Part shown: piece after piece, positions 35,780 through 38,674 of the stretch
Layout of the letters: each line of letters starts with the position of its first letter
Numbering within the stretch: the stretch's first letter is position 1
Source of the DNA: a candidate division WOR-3 bacterium
GTDB taxonomy: Bacteria; Hydrothermota; Hydrothermia; LBFQ01; DSFT01
Direction: 5' to 3'
DNA: 38,674 nucleotides
NCBI GenBank assembly: GCA_965649115.1
Contig: CBFGJN010000012.1
Span: 1 to 38,674 of the forward strand
Notes under the pieces: model-generated
The model's database searches: none
What the model saw: the letters and a program-made list of their open reading frames with translations, nothing else
Told to the model about the DNA's origin: nothing
Position numbers and translations under genes: made by a program

Positions 35780-38332
35780 TTGAAAATAACCATATCAAAA
35801 CTTTTGCCGAACAGCTATAAGTTTTATATTTTAAAAAAGTTTTCAAAGAAATTTGATGCTATATTTTATCTTGGAGATGAAATTGAGGAACTGAGGTTGA
35901 TAAGGAATTTAAAATTTATAAAGGATATTAAAGATATTGAAAATTTTGGTTTTATTGAATTTGAGAAGAATAAAATTATTGATGTTGAAGGCTTATTAAA
36001 ATTACTTGTTGATAATGAATATAAAAGAGTTGATTTTGTTGAAAATCCAAAAGAATTTTCAAGGAGGGGTAGTATTTTGGATATTTATTTTGAAAATTTT
36101 TCATTTCCTATAAGGTTAGAATTTAATGATAATGAATTACAAGACATTAGAATTTTTGATATTGTTAATCAAAGAAGTTTTAAAAGTATTGATAAATTTA
36201 AAGTTATTTTAAGAGGTCTAAATAACCTTAAAAATTATTTAGTTGTTGAAGAAAATTTGAAACCAATTAATAAAATAAAAATTATTGAATTTGCTAATGA
36301 ATTTGAGAAAATCAACATAAATGAATTTTTAAAAAGTGGCTATAAAGTTATCTTTGCTACCTTAGATAAAGAAAGAGCAAAAGCATTTAAAAAAATTTAT
36401 AAAAATGTTAAAATGATAAAGGGTGAATTTAAAGAAGGGTTTATTGATGAAAGAAGAAAAATTGTTTTTATTTCTTTGGGATTTTTTGGAAATTTAAGGA
36501 GTTATAAAGTTTATAGAAGCTTACAAGTTGGAGATTTAGTAGTTCATAAAGAATATGGTATCGGTAAGTTTATTGGAATGGAAATTAGAGGTATTTTAGA
36601 ATTCTTTAAAATTCAATATAAGGATGGAATTTTGTACCTTCCAATTTATAATGGACATTTAATTAAAAAGTACCTTGGAAAGGGAAATGTTGAAATAAAT
36701 AGTCTTTCAGATAATAAGTGGAAGAAAACGTACAAAAGAGCTTATGAATATGCTCAAAAGCAAGCTTATATTATAATTTCAAAACTTTCTTTAAGAAAAA
36801 GTCAAAGAGGATTTAAATTTAAGAGATTTGATGAAGAAGAATTATTAAAATTAACATTCCCATATGAAGAAACATTAGACCAAAAAAAAGCAATTTATGA
36901 AACATTAAAAGATATGGAAAGTGATAAGGTTATGGATAGATTAATTGTTGGAGATGTAGGATTTGGAAAAACTGAAATTATATTAAGGGCAAGTTTTAAA
37001 GCGGTTTTAAATAATAAGCAAGTTGCTATTTTAGTTCCAACTACAATTTTAGCATATCAACATTATAATAATTTTAAAAAAAGATTGGAGCAATTTGGTG
37101 TAAATGTAAAGATGTTAAGCAGATTAACACCTCCTAATGAAGTGAAAGAAATTAAAGAAGGTTTAAGAAAAGGATATGTTGATATTGTAATAGGAACACA
37201 CAAACTATTAAGTAAAGATATTATTTTTAAAGATTTAGGATTGCTTGTTATTGATGAAGAACACAAATTTGGTGTTTTACATAAAGAAAAGTTAAGAAAT
37301 TTAAATGTTTTAGTTGATACTTTATATTTATCAGCTACACCTATTCCAAGAACGCTTGCAAGTGCTTTAAAAGGACTAATTGACATAAGTATTATTAGAA
37401 CACCTCCAAAAGGTAGAAAAGAAATAAAGACAATCGTTAGTTATTATTCTGATGAAATTGTTAAAAAAGCTATCTTGAATGAAATTATGAGGAATGGACA
37501 AGTTTTTTATGTTTATAATCGCATAGATAAAATTTATGAAATTAAAGACAAAATTCAAAATATGTTTAAAAATTTAAGGATTGAAGTTATTCATGGTAGA
37601 ATGGATAAGCAGAAAATTGAAGATGTTTTTTTGGATTTTTATGAAAAGAAAATTGATGTTCTTATATCTACAAATATAATAGATGCTGGTCTTGATTTTC
37701 CAAATGCTAATACAATAATTGTTCAAAGAGCTGAAATTTTAGGACTTTCAGAATTACACCAATTAAGAGGTAGAGTTGGCAGAAGCTCAAAACAGGCTTA
37801 TGCATACTTTTTAATAGAAGATAAAAATTTAAATGAAAATGCTATTAAAAGACTTAGAGCTATTGAAAATTATAGTTATCTTGGGAGTGGATATGATATA
37901 TCACTTGCTGATTTAGAGATTAGGGGAGCAGGAAATTTATTTGGTTTTGAACAATCAGGACATGCTTATAATGTAGGATTCTATTTATATTTAGATATGC
38001 TTGAAAAAGCAATTTATAAATTAAGAGGAATATCTTATAGTGAGACAGAAATTGAAATAAACATTCCCGCATATTTACCAAAAGAATATATTCAAAACGA
38101 TGATATTAGAATTTACTTTTATGAGAAAATTACAAATTCAAAGACAATAAATGAAATTGAAATTATTGAAAATGAAATGATTGATAGATTTGGAAATTTA
38201 CCAAAGGAGGCAGAAAATTTAATCAATGCTTATAAATTAAAATTAAAATATAGTGATTGCGAAAAAATTATTATAAATGAAAAAGAAATTATTTTAATTA
38301 AGAATGGAAGGAGTTTTGCTCTGTCCAAATGA
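35780..38332 (+). CDS. mfd: Transcription-repair coupling factor Mfd, compact (850 aa)
   Basis: UvrB-like RGSILDI, CarD-like GDLVVHKEYGIGKF, GDVGFGKTE, DEEHKFG, SATPIPRT, QLRGRVGRS, DLEIRGAGNL, partial TRCF domain. Confidence 0.93.
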   Translation: MKITISKLLPNSYKFYILKKFSKKFDAIFYLGDEIEELRLIRNLKFIKDIKDIENFGFIEFEKNKIIDVEGLLKLLVDNEYKRVDFVENPKEFSRRGSILDIYFENFSFPIRLEFNDNELQDIRIFDIVNQRSFKSIDKFKVILRGLNNLKNYLVVEENLKPINKIKIIEFANEFEKININEFLKSGYKVIFATLDKERAKAFKKIYKNVKMIKGEFKEGFIDERRKIVFISLGFFGNLRSYKVYRSLQVGDLVVHKEYGIGKFIGMEIRGILEFFKIQYKDGILYLPIYNGHLIKKYLGKGNVEINSLSDNKWKKTYKRAYEYAQKQAYIIISKLSLRKSQRGFKFKRFDEEELLKLTFPYEETLDQKKAIYETLKDMESDKVMDRLIVGDVGFGKTEIILRASFKAVLNNKQVAILVPTTILAYQHYNNFKKRLEQFGVNVKMLSRLTPPNEVKEIKEGLRKGYVDIVIGTHKLLSKDIIFKDLGLLVIDEEHKFGVLHKEKLRNLNVLVDTLYLSATPIPRTLASALKGLIDISIIRTPPKGRKEIKTIVSYYSDEIVKKAILNEIMRNGQVFYVYNRIDKIYEIKDKIQNMFKNLRIEVIHGRMDKQKIEDVFLDFYEKKIDVLISTNIIDAGLDFPNANTIIVQRAEILGLSELHQLRGRVGRSSKQAYAYFLIEDKNLNENAIKRLRAIENYSYLGSGYDISLADLEIRGAGNLFGFEQSGHAYNVGFYLYLDMLEKAIYKLRGISYSETEIEINIPAYLPKEYIQNDDIRIYFYEKITNSKTINEIEIIENEMIDRFGNLPKEAENLINAYKLKLKYSDCEKIIINEKEIILIKNGRSFALSK

Positions 38333-38674
38333 TGAAAATAAAAATTTTGATGAGGGCAAAAAAATGGGATTTTTTAAGCCAAAGGCTTAATTCGTAGGGT
38401 GGAAGGGAAAAATTGGACACAGCACTTTTATTTTGATTTGTTCAATAAATAGTGTTAAGTCCTTGAATATCAATAACTTATTAAAGTTTTGATGAAACTA
38501 TTGATTTAAAGCCCCCAAAGGCAAAATTGGACAAAACAATTTATTTTTGCTTTGTCTAGTAAATGGTGTTAAATAATTGATAATCAATAACTTATGAAAT
38601 TTTAAGAAAATCATTAATATGGGTAAGTAGAGCCGAAGGCTCAATTATAGGGCGGGCGGGAAAAATATAGAAAT
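38317..38674 (+). repeat. Tandem array of three intergenic repeat family copies (38317-38424, 38434-38538, 38548 to window end)
   Basis: Each unit starts with TGMTYTGTYYA and the first two end TTGGACAMARCA; 9-nt spacers; hairpins at 38375-38389 and 38630-38642; double IHF-like sites at 38456-38480 and 38570-38594. Confidence 0.82.

Noticed and set aside
38317..38674. CRISPR array interpretation of the tandem repeats
   Set aside because: Units are ~105-130 bp, variable and bounded by inverted ends; there are no constant 25-45 bp direct repeats with unique spacers and no cas genes

Overview
AT-rich bacterial chromosome segment made almost entirely of housekeeping genes: sufC/ferritin-like/sufB, ftsL-like/ftsI, rimP-nusA-infB-DUF503, M32 carboxypeptidase, rplY-pth, membrane pyrophosphatase, dnaG-rpoD, VKOR, recO, E1-alpha, tRNA-Val(CAC), Thr/Ser dehydratase, murJ, ZnuA-like, yggS, nuoI and mfd. 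It also holds a type II restriction-modification cassette flanked by 97-bp direct repeats, two pseudogene remnants and several secreted proteins with T9SS-like C-termini. The lineage is my inference only: a diderm, probably thermophilic, FCB-related organism such as WOR-3. The main unexplained structure is non-coding. Nearly every large intergenic gap is built from copies of one modular ~100-210 bp repeat family (about 13 full or partial copies). Its parts are imperfect terminal inverted repeats TGCTTTGTCYARTAA, a head-to-head pair of IHF-consensus sites, a GGGGC-nnn-GCCCC hairpin, and a GGG + AAGCC-GAA-GGCTT hairpin + AGGGTGGGTGGG module that shows compensatory base changes and points at the next promoter. 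No transposase is present in the window. Other notable signals: a CTT-TAAAAT-TT box 6-10 nt before most operon-initial ATGs (leaderless transcripts), a tRNA overlapping one gene's stop codon and abutting the next ATG, and ultra-short hydrophobic N-termini on exported proteins.
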